DNA from: Breznakia blatticola
GTDB taxonomy: Bacteria; Bacillota_I; Bacilli_A; Erysipelotrichales; Erysipelotrichaceae
Direction of reading: 5' to 3'
Length of the DNA: 32,000 nucleotides
Assembly (NCBI RefSeq): GCF_004365815.1
Contig: NZ_SODD01000026.1
Location: 1-32,000, forward strand
A program made the translations under genes and the position numbers. Shown here one piece after another: positions 7,818 through 16,427 of this stretch (position 1 is the stretch's first letter; each line of letters opens with the position of its first letter). The notes below the pieces were generated by a model. That model had not been told where the DNA came from. It searched no databases and saw only the letters and a list, made by a program, of their open reading frames with translations.

Positions 7818-8291
7818 ATGTTTGAAAGAAGTGATATGAATGTGCTTCCTTCACCTTCGAAGGAGCAAATAATAAAAACTGAAAGATTTTACAGAATAAG
7901 TTTGCCAGAAGATTATGTAGAATTTATTAAAAATTATAATGGAGCAATACCTAAGAAAAATGCATTTACAATTGATGGAAGGGAGTATTTAGTAGAAAGA
8001 TTTCTTTGTATATTAGGAAACTTGAAAAATGATTATGAAGAAGGTTGGGCTGACATAGGTGTTATTATAACCCAAATATTTGATAGACTTACTGATAGTC
8101 CGGATGAGCTGGGAATGAAAATAATACCAATTGCAGCATTGTTTGCAGGAGATTTTGTTTGCTTAGATTTTAGGGTAAATAAAAAAGATCCAAACGTTTG
8201 TATTTGGTATCACGAGACATCGGATGAGTTTAAGCCAGACACTAAAAAAGTTGCTAGAAATTTCACAGATTTTTTAGAAATGCTTAAATAA
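7818..8291 (+). CDS. SMI1/KNR4 (SUKH-1) family immunity protein
   Basis: 157 aa with the 'SLPEDYVEFIKNYNGA' hallmark. Starts 12 nt after the toxin stop behind a GGAGGA RBS. Confidence 0.8.
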   Translation: MFERSDMNVLPSPSKEQIIKTERFYRISLPEDYVEFIKNYNGAIPKKNAFTIDGREYLVERFLCILGNLKNDYEEGWADIGVIITQIFDRLTDSPDELGMKIIPIAALFAGDFVCLDFRVNKKDPNVCIWYHETSDEFKPDTKKVARNFTDFLEMLK

Positions 8292-8313
8292 TGAAAGTGC
8301 AGTGAATGATTTT

Positions 8314-8388
8314 CCTTGCCCCCAGGCGCGCCAACGGCAAAGTGCCAAAGGAGTGGTGCTGGGCGAGGATGTAATACCGCCCTGCGCT
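8314..8388. repeat. GC-rich conserved intergenic element, copy B
   Basis: Aligns with 712..778. Starts 23 nt after the SUKH gene stop and lies upstream of the terminators at 8476..8550. Confidence 0.8.
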
Positions 8389-8475
8389 AACGTCAACAAA
8401 CAATAAAATACTGGATAAACATGGGACAATAAGCGAAAAAGGGCTTACCCCATAATATTTGAAAATGATAGAAAT

Positions 8476-8550
8476 AACGCCTCATTTTGAACTCTGCGTA
8501 TACATCAAAATGAGACGTTTTTTATTACCGAGGGGCTTCGCCCCTTTTTT
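8476..8550 (+). terminator. Two tandem rho-independent terminator hairpins
   Basis: First: CTCATTTTGA/TCAAAATGAG stem (8481-8490 / 8505-8514) plus a T-run. Second: AGGGGC-TTC-GCCCCT (8531-8545) plus a T-run. Confidence 0.65.
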
Positions 8551-8706
8551 GGTACATCGCAGAAACTTGGGGTGAGCAGAAAAAACACAAGTAAATAAGT
8601 TGGGGTGAAAAGTACCCCAAACTTCTTAAGAGACGGTGTAAAAATTTTTGTGCAAAGTATCCTCCCTTGGTAGAATGAAAATAACTACCAAAGGAGGATT
8701 TTTAAT

Positions 8707-9272
8707 ATGAGTAAGAAAGATATCATTAAAATGATAAGAGAAGAATATGGTGTAACGAATGCTTTAAAAGATCTAATAGGTGATACTCTCCAAGATATGC
8801 TTAATTCAGAATTTGATGAGCACATGGGATATGAGAAACACGACCAGTCTGAACTCAAAGACAATTATCGTAATGGTAGTTCTAAGAAAAATGTAAAAAC
8901 TACACAAGGTGAAATAGAACTAAATATACCAAGAGACAGAAATGCAACTTTTGATCCAATGGTTATAGAAAAGCATAATCGAGATATATCTGACATTGAT
9001 CATAAAATCATAAATTTATATGCTAGAGGTATGTCAACACGTGATATTAGCGATTCTATAAAAGACATCTATGGAGTTGATGTTAGTGCTACTATGATTA
9101 GTAAAATTACGGATAAGATTATGCCGAAAGCTTTAGAATGGCAAAATAGAGCGTGTACACGGTTTATCCAATCGTATTTATTGATTGCGTACATTTTAAT
9201 GTGAAGAATGAAAATATGGTAAGCAAGAAGGCTGCTTATGTAGTTTTAGGCGTTACAGAAACTAGATTATGA
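8707..9272 (+). mobile_element. IS256-family transposase remnant (frameshifted, 3'-truncated)
   Basis: '...MGYEKHD...RNGSSKKNVKT..GEIELNIPRDRNATFDP..I.KH.RDIS..D.KII.LYARGMSTRDI...I...YG...SATMIS.ITDK..P...EWQNR' is IS256/mutator-like. After ~9150 the frame shifts ('VYPIVFIDCVHFNVKNENMVSKKAAYVVLG'). The reading frame ends at 9272, with roughly half a transposase missing. Confidence 0.75.
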
Positions 9273-9507
9273 GGTGGTTGGGTCATGAATGCAGATGATA
9301 TTAACGGTTTAACCCCTACTCAAATTTAGATGAAATATGCATTAACATATGAGCCTATATTGGAGAAAAGCTATATTACTGGCAGGCATAAAAATCAATA
9401 TGGGTGAAGCAAATAGTCTTTTTGGTTATCTTGGTGGAGCTATTCAAATTGATTTTATTAGTTGGAGAATTTAAAGAAATCGGAAAAAATACAAATTGGA
9501 GTGATAA
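9273..9507 (+). pseudogene. Decayed 3' remnant of a TNT-like toxin domain
   Basis: Nucleotide similarity to 11470..11712 (for example 9333-9356 vs 11530-11553, 23/24 identical). Its translation 'GGWVMNADDINGLTPTQI*MKYALTYEP...' contains several stops. Confidence 0.75.
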
Positions 9508-9510
9508 ATA

Positions 9511-9867
9511 ATGATAAAAGTAAATAAAAATGTAATAGAAGTAAACAAAAAGAAAAAAGAATTTGAATATAATATTAGAAAATATATACAGCGAAATGAT
9601 AAAATTTTTATATTACTAGAGATACCTATGGGAATAAATCTAACAAGAAAAGAAATTGACAATATTATTTGTGTTAATTTGGATTTAGATATTATATGGA
9701 TAGTGAAAAATATACCATTAAAACAGTTTCCTAATATGGATAATCTTCCTTTTGAAGCAATAAGAATAACTGAAAATAATGAACTAAGGGGAGTAGACTT
9801 CTATGGTAGAAATTATTGTATTAATCAAAATAGCGGAGAATTAATAAGTTTTAAAGTTGTTAAATAG
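9511..9867 (+). CDS. Orphan immunity protein, paralog of 11716..12078
   Basis: 118 aa. Shares 'DKIFILL(E/D)IP.GI.LT.KE' and 'G.DF.GR' with the 120-aa protein that follows the intact TNT-like toxin. Confidence 0.6.
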   Translation: MIKVNKNVIEVNKKKKEFEYNIRKYIQRNDKIFILLEIPMGINLTRKEIDNIICVNLDLDIIWIVKNIPLKQFPNMDNLPFEAIRITENNELRGVDFYGRNYCINQNSGELISFKVVK

Positions 9868-10222
9868 TACATTTAATATTGATAGTAATAACAAAAGATT
9901 TATAGTGCATAATAAAGAAGAATATTGCTGCAACCAGTTACATAAAATAAATGAAGAGATAGCGAATGCTACAGCAACACTGTCTACACATATTGATAAC
10001 CTTATGAATTTTTACTCAATGTGCTCAGAATATATCAACCAAGCATGGGAAGCAATGGTTGAAAAAGATAAAGAGTTAGCGGATAAAATCTCTTTTAATT
10101 ATATTGTTGAGCATAAGGAAGAGTATCGAAAGATACTTGAAGATGACTATGGTATCGATGCCGATGCATTACAAAAAGTTTCCCTTGAAAAAGATAGTAA
10201 TCAAGGAGGCACAACAGCATGA
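9857..10222 (+). CDS. Chimeric ORF: degraded 3' end of the 5073-type gene fused in frame to the last 90 codons of the 5710-type gene
   Basis: 'FIVHNKEEYCCNQLHKINEE' resembles 'YTYYMSDNEGYCYNHLRKTSKE' of 5073..5726, followed by identity to 6021..6291. TTG start; expression is uncertain. Confidence 0.4.
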   Translation: MLNSTFNIDSNNKRFIVHNKEEYCCNQLHKINEEIANATATLSTHIDNLMNFYSMCSEYINQAWEAMVEKDKELADKISFNYIVEHKEEYRKILEDDYGIDADALQKVSLEKDSNQGGTTA

Positions 10223-11221
10223 CAAAAACCAAAATTGTATGTACAAGATGGGAAGACAATGAAGTAAAAAATAATGCGATGTTGTCAAATCTTATCAGTC
10301 TTGATTTAGATGGACCAGTAAATAGAATTAATGCTGAGTTTGCAAGGTTACCACATATTGCGAAAATTAGTTATAGTAATTTAAATGAAAAAAAGAATAC
10401 TGCTATGTATGGCTTATCAACTATATCTGGGTATGTTACAAAAATCATTGATTATATTGATGAGTACATCGATGATCCATTCTACAAAAAATTAAATGGA
10501 CCAACAGGAGTTCTGGAACGTTTGGAAAAAATCCGTTTGGATGACTCAAAATATCAAGTGAAAAACACAGCAGGTATTGAAACAGAAAAAACGGTTTATA
10601 TTACAGATCCATATACACATCAAACAAAAGCTGAAGTAGTTAAGGAAGTAAAAAACAAAATCAGCATTGAAGATATGTTGAAGACTAGTGGGGTAAAAGG
10701 AAGTAGCAGTATTCCGACATTCAAAGATTTATATAAGGAACAGTTTGACCAACAAAGTAAGGCGAATCCGGATTTGAAGTATAGTGAATATGTTGATCAA
10801 CTTATTCATAGAGCAGACATTAGTCATAGTGTGGATGCAGGATGGCTAAATGTAGTAAGTGATGTACTAGATATAGTAGGTATTGTATCTATTGTTGGAA
10901 TATTTACAGGTAAAGATTTTATTACTGGAGAAATCTATACAAAAGCAGAACGCGATGCAGCCTTAATTAATGGTATAATAAGTATAGGAAGTTTAGCTTT
11001 TGCTGGAGTTGGGCTTGTAGGAAGTGGACTAAAAGCAACGGCAGTTGGATTAGGAAAGGCAGTAGCATTAGATATGGCAGCTGGTGCAGCCGGTATGGGA
11101 GCAGGAGCAGTAGCCGGAGCATTAGGTGCACCGGATGAACTTCGAGCCCTGATTACAATTGGAACAGCAATGGGTGCTGGGTATGGACTTGGAAAGATAA
11201 CTAATAAAAATATAAATAAGG
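9952..11221 (+). repeat. 1,270-bp direct repeat, copy 2
   Basis: See 6021..7290. Confidence 0.95.
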
Positions 11222-11712
11222 TAGTTAAGGACTCGGGTACAGTCGGTTCGGGTAGTGTTTATGATGATTTAGATGAGATGTTAACAGGATCACTTGATGG
11301 TAAAGTTAAGTACAATAAAATAGAATTATCTGATAATGTAAATGATTTCTGGAAAAACAAGGGATACAGTGAGCCACCATATAATGCTGGTGATGTTGTA
11401 ATTGATGGTACCCTTACCAAAGATGGAACATTTGTTCGTGTTTATGATGGTGTAAACACAAAATTGGAAGGTGGATTTGTAATGAAGGCAGAAGATATAA
11501 AAAATCTTACTCCTGCTGAAATCCAAGCAAAATATGCATTACCATATGAGCCTGTTTATGTTGCAGAGGTGAAATTAGATGCAGGAACCAATATTCATAT
11601 AGGTGAGGTAGCACCTAATTTTGGATACTCCGGTGGTGGTATTCAAATTGATATGAAAGGTGCATGGGTAGGTGAATTTAAAGAACTCGGAAAAATAATA
11701 GATTGGAGATAA
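10219..11712 (+). CDS. Polymorphic toxin with the same N-terminal/PT-TG region as 6288..7805 but a TNT/DUF4237-like (putative NAD+ glycohydrolase) C-terminus
   Basis: 497 aa, identical to the first toxin through '...KITNKNINK'. The C-terminus 'FVRVYDG...KYALPYEPVYVAEV...GEVAPNFGYSGGGIQ' (11602-11646) matches the TNT-family 'G.iAP.FGqpGGG.Q' signature as I recall it. Confidence 0.65.
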   Translation: MTKTKIVCTRWEDNEVKNNAMLSNLISLDLDGPVNRINAEFARLPHIAKISYSNLNEKKNTAMYGLSTISGYVTKIIDYIDEYIDDPFYKKLNGPTGVLERLEKIRLDDSKYQVKNTAGIETEKTVYITDPYTHQTKAEVVKEVKNKISIEDMLKTSGVKGSSSIPTFKDLYKEQFDQQSKANPDLKYSEYVDQLIHRADISHSVDAGWLNVVSDVLDIVGIVSIVGIFTGKDFITGEIYTKAERDAALINGIISIGSLAFAGVGLVGSGLKATAVGLGKAVALDMAAGAAGMGAGAVAGALGAPDELRALITIGTAMGAGYGLGKITNKNINKVVKDSGTVGSGSVYDDLDEMLTGSLDGKVKYNKIELSDNVNDFWKNKGYSEPPYNAGDVVIDGTLTKDGTFVRVYDGVNTKLEGGFVMKAEDIKNLTPAEIQAKYALPYEPVYVAEVKLDAGTNIHIGEVAPNFGYSGGGIQIDMKGAWVGEFKELGKIIDWR

Positions 11713-11715
11713 TAA

Positions 11716-12078
11716 ATGAATTCAAAATATAATGTTGAAGAAAATAAAATCATTATAAATAACATTGAAATTTATATGGACTATCCAATTAAGGATATTA
11801 AAGAATTAAGAGATAAAATATTTATTTTATTAGATATCCCTAGAGGGATTAAACTTACAGAAAAAGAAGATTGTAATATCCTTTGTTATAATTCCTCAGG
11901 TATATTTCAATGGCGTATAAGTTCTTCTTTACCCAAAGGCATTGAGAGCAAAGAATTAATACCCTATATTTCTATAGATATACAAGAAGGAAACTTATAT
12001 GGTTTTGATTTCTGGGGGCGCAAATTCCATATAGATACTTTTAATGGAAATTTACTTGACTTTAAAACTTTCAAATAG
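11716..12078 (+). CDS. Putative immunity protein for the TNT-like toxin (family not recognised)
   Basis: 120-aa ORF starting 3 nt after the toxin stop behind a GGAGA RBS. A paralog sits at 9511..9867. Confidence 0.6.
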   Translation: MNSKYNVEENKIIINNIEIYMDYPIKDIKELRDKIFILLDIPRGIKLTEKEDCNILCYNSSGIFQWRISSSLPKGIESKELIPYISIDIQEGNLYGFDFWGRKFHIDTFNGNLLDFKTFK

Positions 12079-12337
12079 AAATAATATATGACTTTGAAAT
12101 CGGAAATCAAAGGGGCATTGTCGATTTATGTGGCTAATATTTAGCTTTTGATCAAACAAAAGACAATACCAAATGAAAAAAATCACTGTGAAATTTTTAG
12201 TATGAATAAGCAAAAAGGTGCTTTGAGAACTAGCGGGGTTTTAGACAAAAGTTATAAAGTATAGAGGGGTCAATCTTTACCCCTCTATTAGTTTAAAACC
12301 ATCAGTTCAATCAATAGACTTCAGTCAAGACTGAGGA

Positions 12338-13150
12338 CTATTTTTTCGTTCCTTTCTTTTTCTTATTTGTCCTGTATTCACTTAAGGAATAGCACTCATA
12401 CTTATTTTGCGAGTACATGATTTTATTGCGAGCTCTCTCAAAGTTTCTAAAACCATTTGCATTATTCAAAATTTTCTTAATATAATTATTTAACCTTCAA
12501 TTACACCGTTCGAGAACCGTCGTCCATCAAACCATACAAATGAGTTTAGTATTTCTTCTTTCCATTTTTCCAGAGTATTTGCACATCTATTAAATTCATT
12601 TATCTGAGAGTTCCGCATTGCTTCAACTATGTCATCAAGTCTTTCATTATGAAGTTCCGCTTTTGTGAACTTGGTTTCTTGAAAAAGTAGTCGTACAGGA
12701 TTACGTATCTTCTAGATTTTACGATATCAAGAATCAGTTTCTTATCGAAATCCATAATCATAAATGCATATTTATATTTCGAATGTCGATTGAAATAAAA
12801 CTCATTGATACAGATGTGTTGTGTGAGTGCTTTTGGTTGTACTTGCACATGAATATCAAACAACTCCACTACTTTAGTAACAGATAGGTTGTATCTTCTT
12901 GCCACTGAGGAAAAAGTTTCGTTATATGGTTTTAAATCATCTAAAATGTTTATAATGGACTTAGAAGATACTTTAGTGCGTCTATTCGATGTAAACGGAT
13001 TGTTTTCAACGAATGAAATCTGGCAGGATTTACACAAGTATCTTTTACATTTGTAGAATAGGAAAGTGTCACGGTTGATAAGACTATTATGTGATACTTT
13101 TCTTATTAGCGAAGCTAGAATACCACTTACTATGCGAGTGGTAATAGGCT
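12338..13150 (-). mobile_element. ISL3-family transposase pseudogene (frameshifts, internal deletion)
   Basis: Minus-strand translation gives 'FYKCKRYLCKSCQ', 'ICINEF', 'SNGVIEG(fs)NNYIKKILNNANGFRNFERARNKIMY'. At least two frame breaks are present, and the total coding length is far below a full ISL3 transposase. Confidence 0.65.
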
Positions 13151-13247
13151 TCTAGTTGTAAACACGCACCAAAAAAGCACCAAATTTCGATATACTATAG
13201 ATGGCCTGGCAGCTAACTATAAATAAAGAAAGAAGGTGCATTGTCTA

Positions 13248-13409
13248 ATGAAAGACACAAACAATTTATCACACACAAGTTACAGATGCAAATATCACAT
13301 TATAATAATACCAAAGTATAGAAGAATGGTAATTTATAATAAGTTAAGGAGAGATGTCGGACAAATATTGAGAAGACTAATAGAAAGAAAATCTATATAT
13401 TTTATATAG
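13248..13409 (+). pseudogene. IS200/IS605-family TnpA N-terminal fragment
   Basis: 53-codon ORF 'MKDTNNLSHTSYRCKYHIIIIPKYRRMVIYNKLRRDVGQILRRL...' matches the TnpA N-terminus. It stops before the HUH region. Confidence 0.7.
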
Positions 13410-13511
13410 GCAGAAATTTTAAGTTAAGTTATAGATTAGTACATATGAACTATAATTAGTTACAAATACTAGATGTATTATTCGGGTAATGTATAAATCA
13501 AAGGAGATTGA

Positions 13512-14024
13512 ATGAAGAAGGCAATTGTTTTTTTAGCAACACTCATTTTTATAACTGGGTGTATAAGAGTATATAGTTCCCATGACAAATTAAGAGATTA
13601 TCTAAAGGACTATTGTGACGATTTAGAATGTGAAAATGAGGGGATTGTAGCTGAAATGGAAATTACTGATGTAGGAAGTTATGCAATTGCAAAAATAAGT
13701 TATGATGGAAACGAAGAACTTATTTTCGCTTGCCGTCACTCACCTGGAGGTCAATCTCCAACAGGTTCTGGAGAACTTGGACCTGTATTTCTAGAGGATT
13801 CATACTATTTATTTGATAATCTGGATAGTTGGTTTGGACATGGTTATAACTATTATGTATATATGGGTTATGGGCTACTAGAATCAGTGGAATATAATGG
13901 TGTAAAATTAGATAAAGAAGTATTTGAATTTTATTTGAATGGAGATAAAAAAATAATAACTAGCTTCGTTCTTAAATTGGATTCAACAGAACTATTTGAC
14001 AAATTAAATCTAGTTTTGAAATGA
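13512..14024 (+). CDS. Putative lipoprotein
   Basis: 170 aa. Signal peptide with the lipobox 'LIFITGC'. Confidence 0.7.
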   Translation: MKKAIVFLATLIFITGCIRVYSSHDKLRDYLKDYCDDLECENEGIVAEMEITDVGSYAIAKISYDGNEELIFACRHSPGGQSPTGSGELGPVFLEDSYYLFDNLDSWFGHGYNYYVYMGYGLLESVEYNGVKLDKEVFEFYLNGDKKIITSFVLKLDSTELFDKLNLVLK

Positions 14025-14148
14025 TTAAATAGGGTTTTATGTATGTCGTTGCGCGTAAGGAAGGGACAAGGCAATAAAATGTAAGTTATAGTAGTAGTGT
14101 GTGTAGAGTTATTTGATAGTGGTTTATAAAAATTAGTAAGAGGGGAAA

Positions 14149-15321
14149 ATGAAAAATATAGGAGAAGTATTGTTTAGACATGTTACTGCAACGTGTGTAA
14201 CATTTATTATTGCATATGTATTTACTACATATTATGAGAATAATATAGGTGTAAGTAAGTTTGAATGGTTTGGTTATTTAGCCCTTTTTAGTGGTATCAT
14301 TGCAACTGCAACTTACATAGGTCAATACATTGATAAAGCTAAAGGAAAAGCGTTAGTACTATTTATAGTAGGATGTATTATATTGGTGAAATTTGGTGTC
14401 TTTTTTGTATTAGTACCAATGTTACTTATTGAAAGTATAGTATTTATTTATTCGATTTTTAAATTGAATATGAATACTGTTTTGAATAGTGATGAACAAA
14501 GGCAAATTGAACAAGGCAAAATTGATAAAATGAAGATTGTAATACTTCAGAATAGAAGATTATGTGCATACAAAATTTTGATTGCGTTGATTGATACAGG
14601 AATTATATTTAGTCTTTCAAGAATTTTTAATAGTGTTGCTATAGTTGCCTTAGTCTTATTGTTTTTGTCTTATTATTTGTATATAGGTAAGATTCAAGGC
14701 AAAAACATTCAAAAAACTGCTAAGTTATTAGATGATGTTTTGACAGTAGAATGCGACGCGAAATTATATTGTGTTATGTATCGTGCGATAGAAAGAAATT
14801 GTAGTTCGATTGCTATCATGTATAACTATATGTGTGGACTTCAATGGGGTGGGTATGTAATAGAACTTGATAGAATGTTAAAAGCGTACCGAACATACAG
14901 CAAAACGTTTCAATATAAAACCATGTTTTATTCAAGAAAGGCGTTTGATAATAAAGTAAGTGAAAGTTTGTACACAGAGTTAATTGCACTTTATGATCGC
15001 GTTATTAAGCGTAGTAAAAATGATAAAATGTGGATATATGGTAGAAAAATACTGGTGATACAACGAAAAATCATTAAGCAAAGTTATAGAGAAGCACTAG
15101 AGAACATTCATGAATTATATGAATATGAAGAGATTTTACCAAAGATTTCATTAATTAATCAGAGAAGTTTGGAAAGTGAGTGTTTATATCATTTAGGTAA
15201 ATATGAGGAATGCACGAACTTACTTGAATGGATTATTGAACATGGTAATACATTGGTGGTGGTACGTAATGCGCAAGATCGTAAACAAAGGATTCATGAA
15301 AACCTAGCTATTGAAGTATAA
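14149..15321 (+). CDS. Polytopic membrane protein with Cys-rich/TPR-like helical C-terminal domain (unknown family)
   Basis: 390 aa. Several hydrophobic segments in the first ~190 aa. GAGGGG RBS. A paralog sits at 16428..17630. Confidence 0.7.
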   Translation: MKNIGEVLFRHVTATCVTFIIAYVFTTYYENNIGVSKFEWFGYLALFSGIIATATYIGQYIDKAKGKALVLFIVGCIILVKFGVFFVLVPMLLIESIVFIYSIFKLNMNTVLNSDEQRQIEQGKIDKMKIVILQNRRLCAYKILIALIDTGIIFSLSRIFNSVAIVALVLLFLSYYLYIGKIQGKNIQKTAKLLDDVLTVECDAKLYCVMYRAIERNCSSIAIMYNYMCGLQWGGYVIELDRMLKAYRTYSKTFQYKTMFYSRKAFDNKVSESLYTELIALYDRVIKRSKNDKMWIYGRKILVIQRKIIKQSYREALENIHELYEYEEILPKISLINQRSLESECLYHLGKYEECTNLLEWIIEHGNTLVVVRNAQDRKQRIHENLAIEV

Positions 15322-15697
15322 AATAGCTAGATAAAGTGATGTTTACAACATCCTGGTTACATCAATTGACATAATGTCTATCCAATACGAAGTTCACAGC
15401 AACTAAAGCAGTAATATTTATAAAATTACAGTTAAAGAAGAACGTTTATGAAAGTACTGGTGATTATGTATGTTTATAGAAAAGGAAAATAGTATTGTTA
15501 TTAAAATACTCTGATTAAAAATAGATAAACAATTACCTAGACAAATGTAAAAGATTCTTATAAAAATGTATGGTATGATTATTTCGTTGGAATTGCGTTT
15601 TAAATAGTGAGTAAACAGAGAATGTTAAGAAAATCTTATGTTCGGTATTACTTGCTATAACTTAATTAAAAGTGTTGTGATTAGATAAGGAGATTTT

Positions 15698-16258
15698 ATG
15701 AATCAAATTGGTAAGAAAGCTAGTATATTCTTATTGCTAATACTGGTTTTGTTTGGCTGCCGGAGCGATTTACCATCTTTCGAAGAGAGTTTAGATGAAT
15801 TTGTAGAAGGAAGCGAAACACTGGTTCGTGTAGAAGAAATTTTGGATTATAAGGAGTTTGAAGATGCATTGATTGGAATTGCATTAATAAGTAATGAAAA
15901 TGAGGATGAAATTCTTTACTTAAGCGGATTGATTGTTGATGAAGATACAGGATTAACTGTAGAATCACACGGTGAAACTAAACCTATCTATATACATAAT
16001 GAATCAGAAATTATGGTTTACCCTTCAAAAGATAAACAATATGAAAGCGATCCAAAAAGTAATTACACGGAGTTTAAGTCCTCAAAAGTAAAATATTATA
16101 CTGGAATCGTAGAAGGAAATCAAAAACTTAAATATAATGACAAAAAAATATACACCAAGAAGGTGGATTTAGAATATAAGGGCAAGCCAGAAACTATAAC
16201 CTTTTGGATAGTTAAGATATCCAGTGACGAAAGTTTTAATATTGATAAATTGACCTAG
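15698..16258 (+). CDS. Putative lipoprotein (distant relative of 13512..14024)
   Basis: 186 aa with the lipobox 'LVLFGC' and an AAGGAG RBS. Confidence 0.7.
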   Translation: MNQIGKKASIFLLLILVLFGCRSDLPSFEESLDEFVEGSETLVRVEEILDYKEFEDALIGIALISNENEDEILYLSGLIVDEDTGLTVESHGETKPIYIHNESEIMVYPSKDKQYESDPKSNYTEFKSSKVKYYTGIVEGNQKLKYNDKKIYTKKVDLEYKGKPETITFWIVKISSDESFNIDKLT

Positions 16259-16427
16259 TAAGGTAACAGAGATGTAGTAGTTTAAAAACTATGTCTTTTG
16301 TATATTAGATTTGTTAGCGAGTGACATTGTGCGTAAATAAAAGACAAAGCAATAACAATGTAAGTTCTAGTAGTAGTGTGTGTAGAGTTTTTAGATAGTG
16401 GTTTATAGAAATTAGTAAGAGGGGAAA

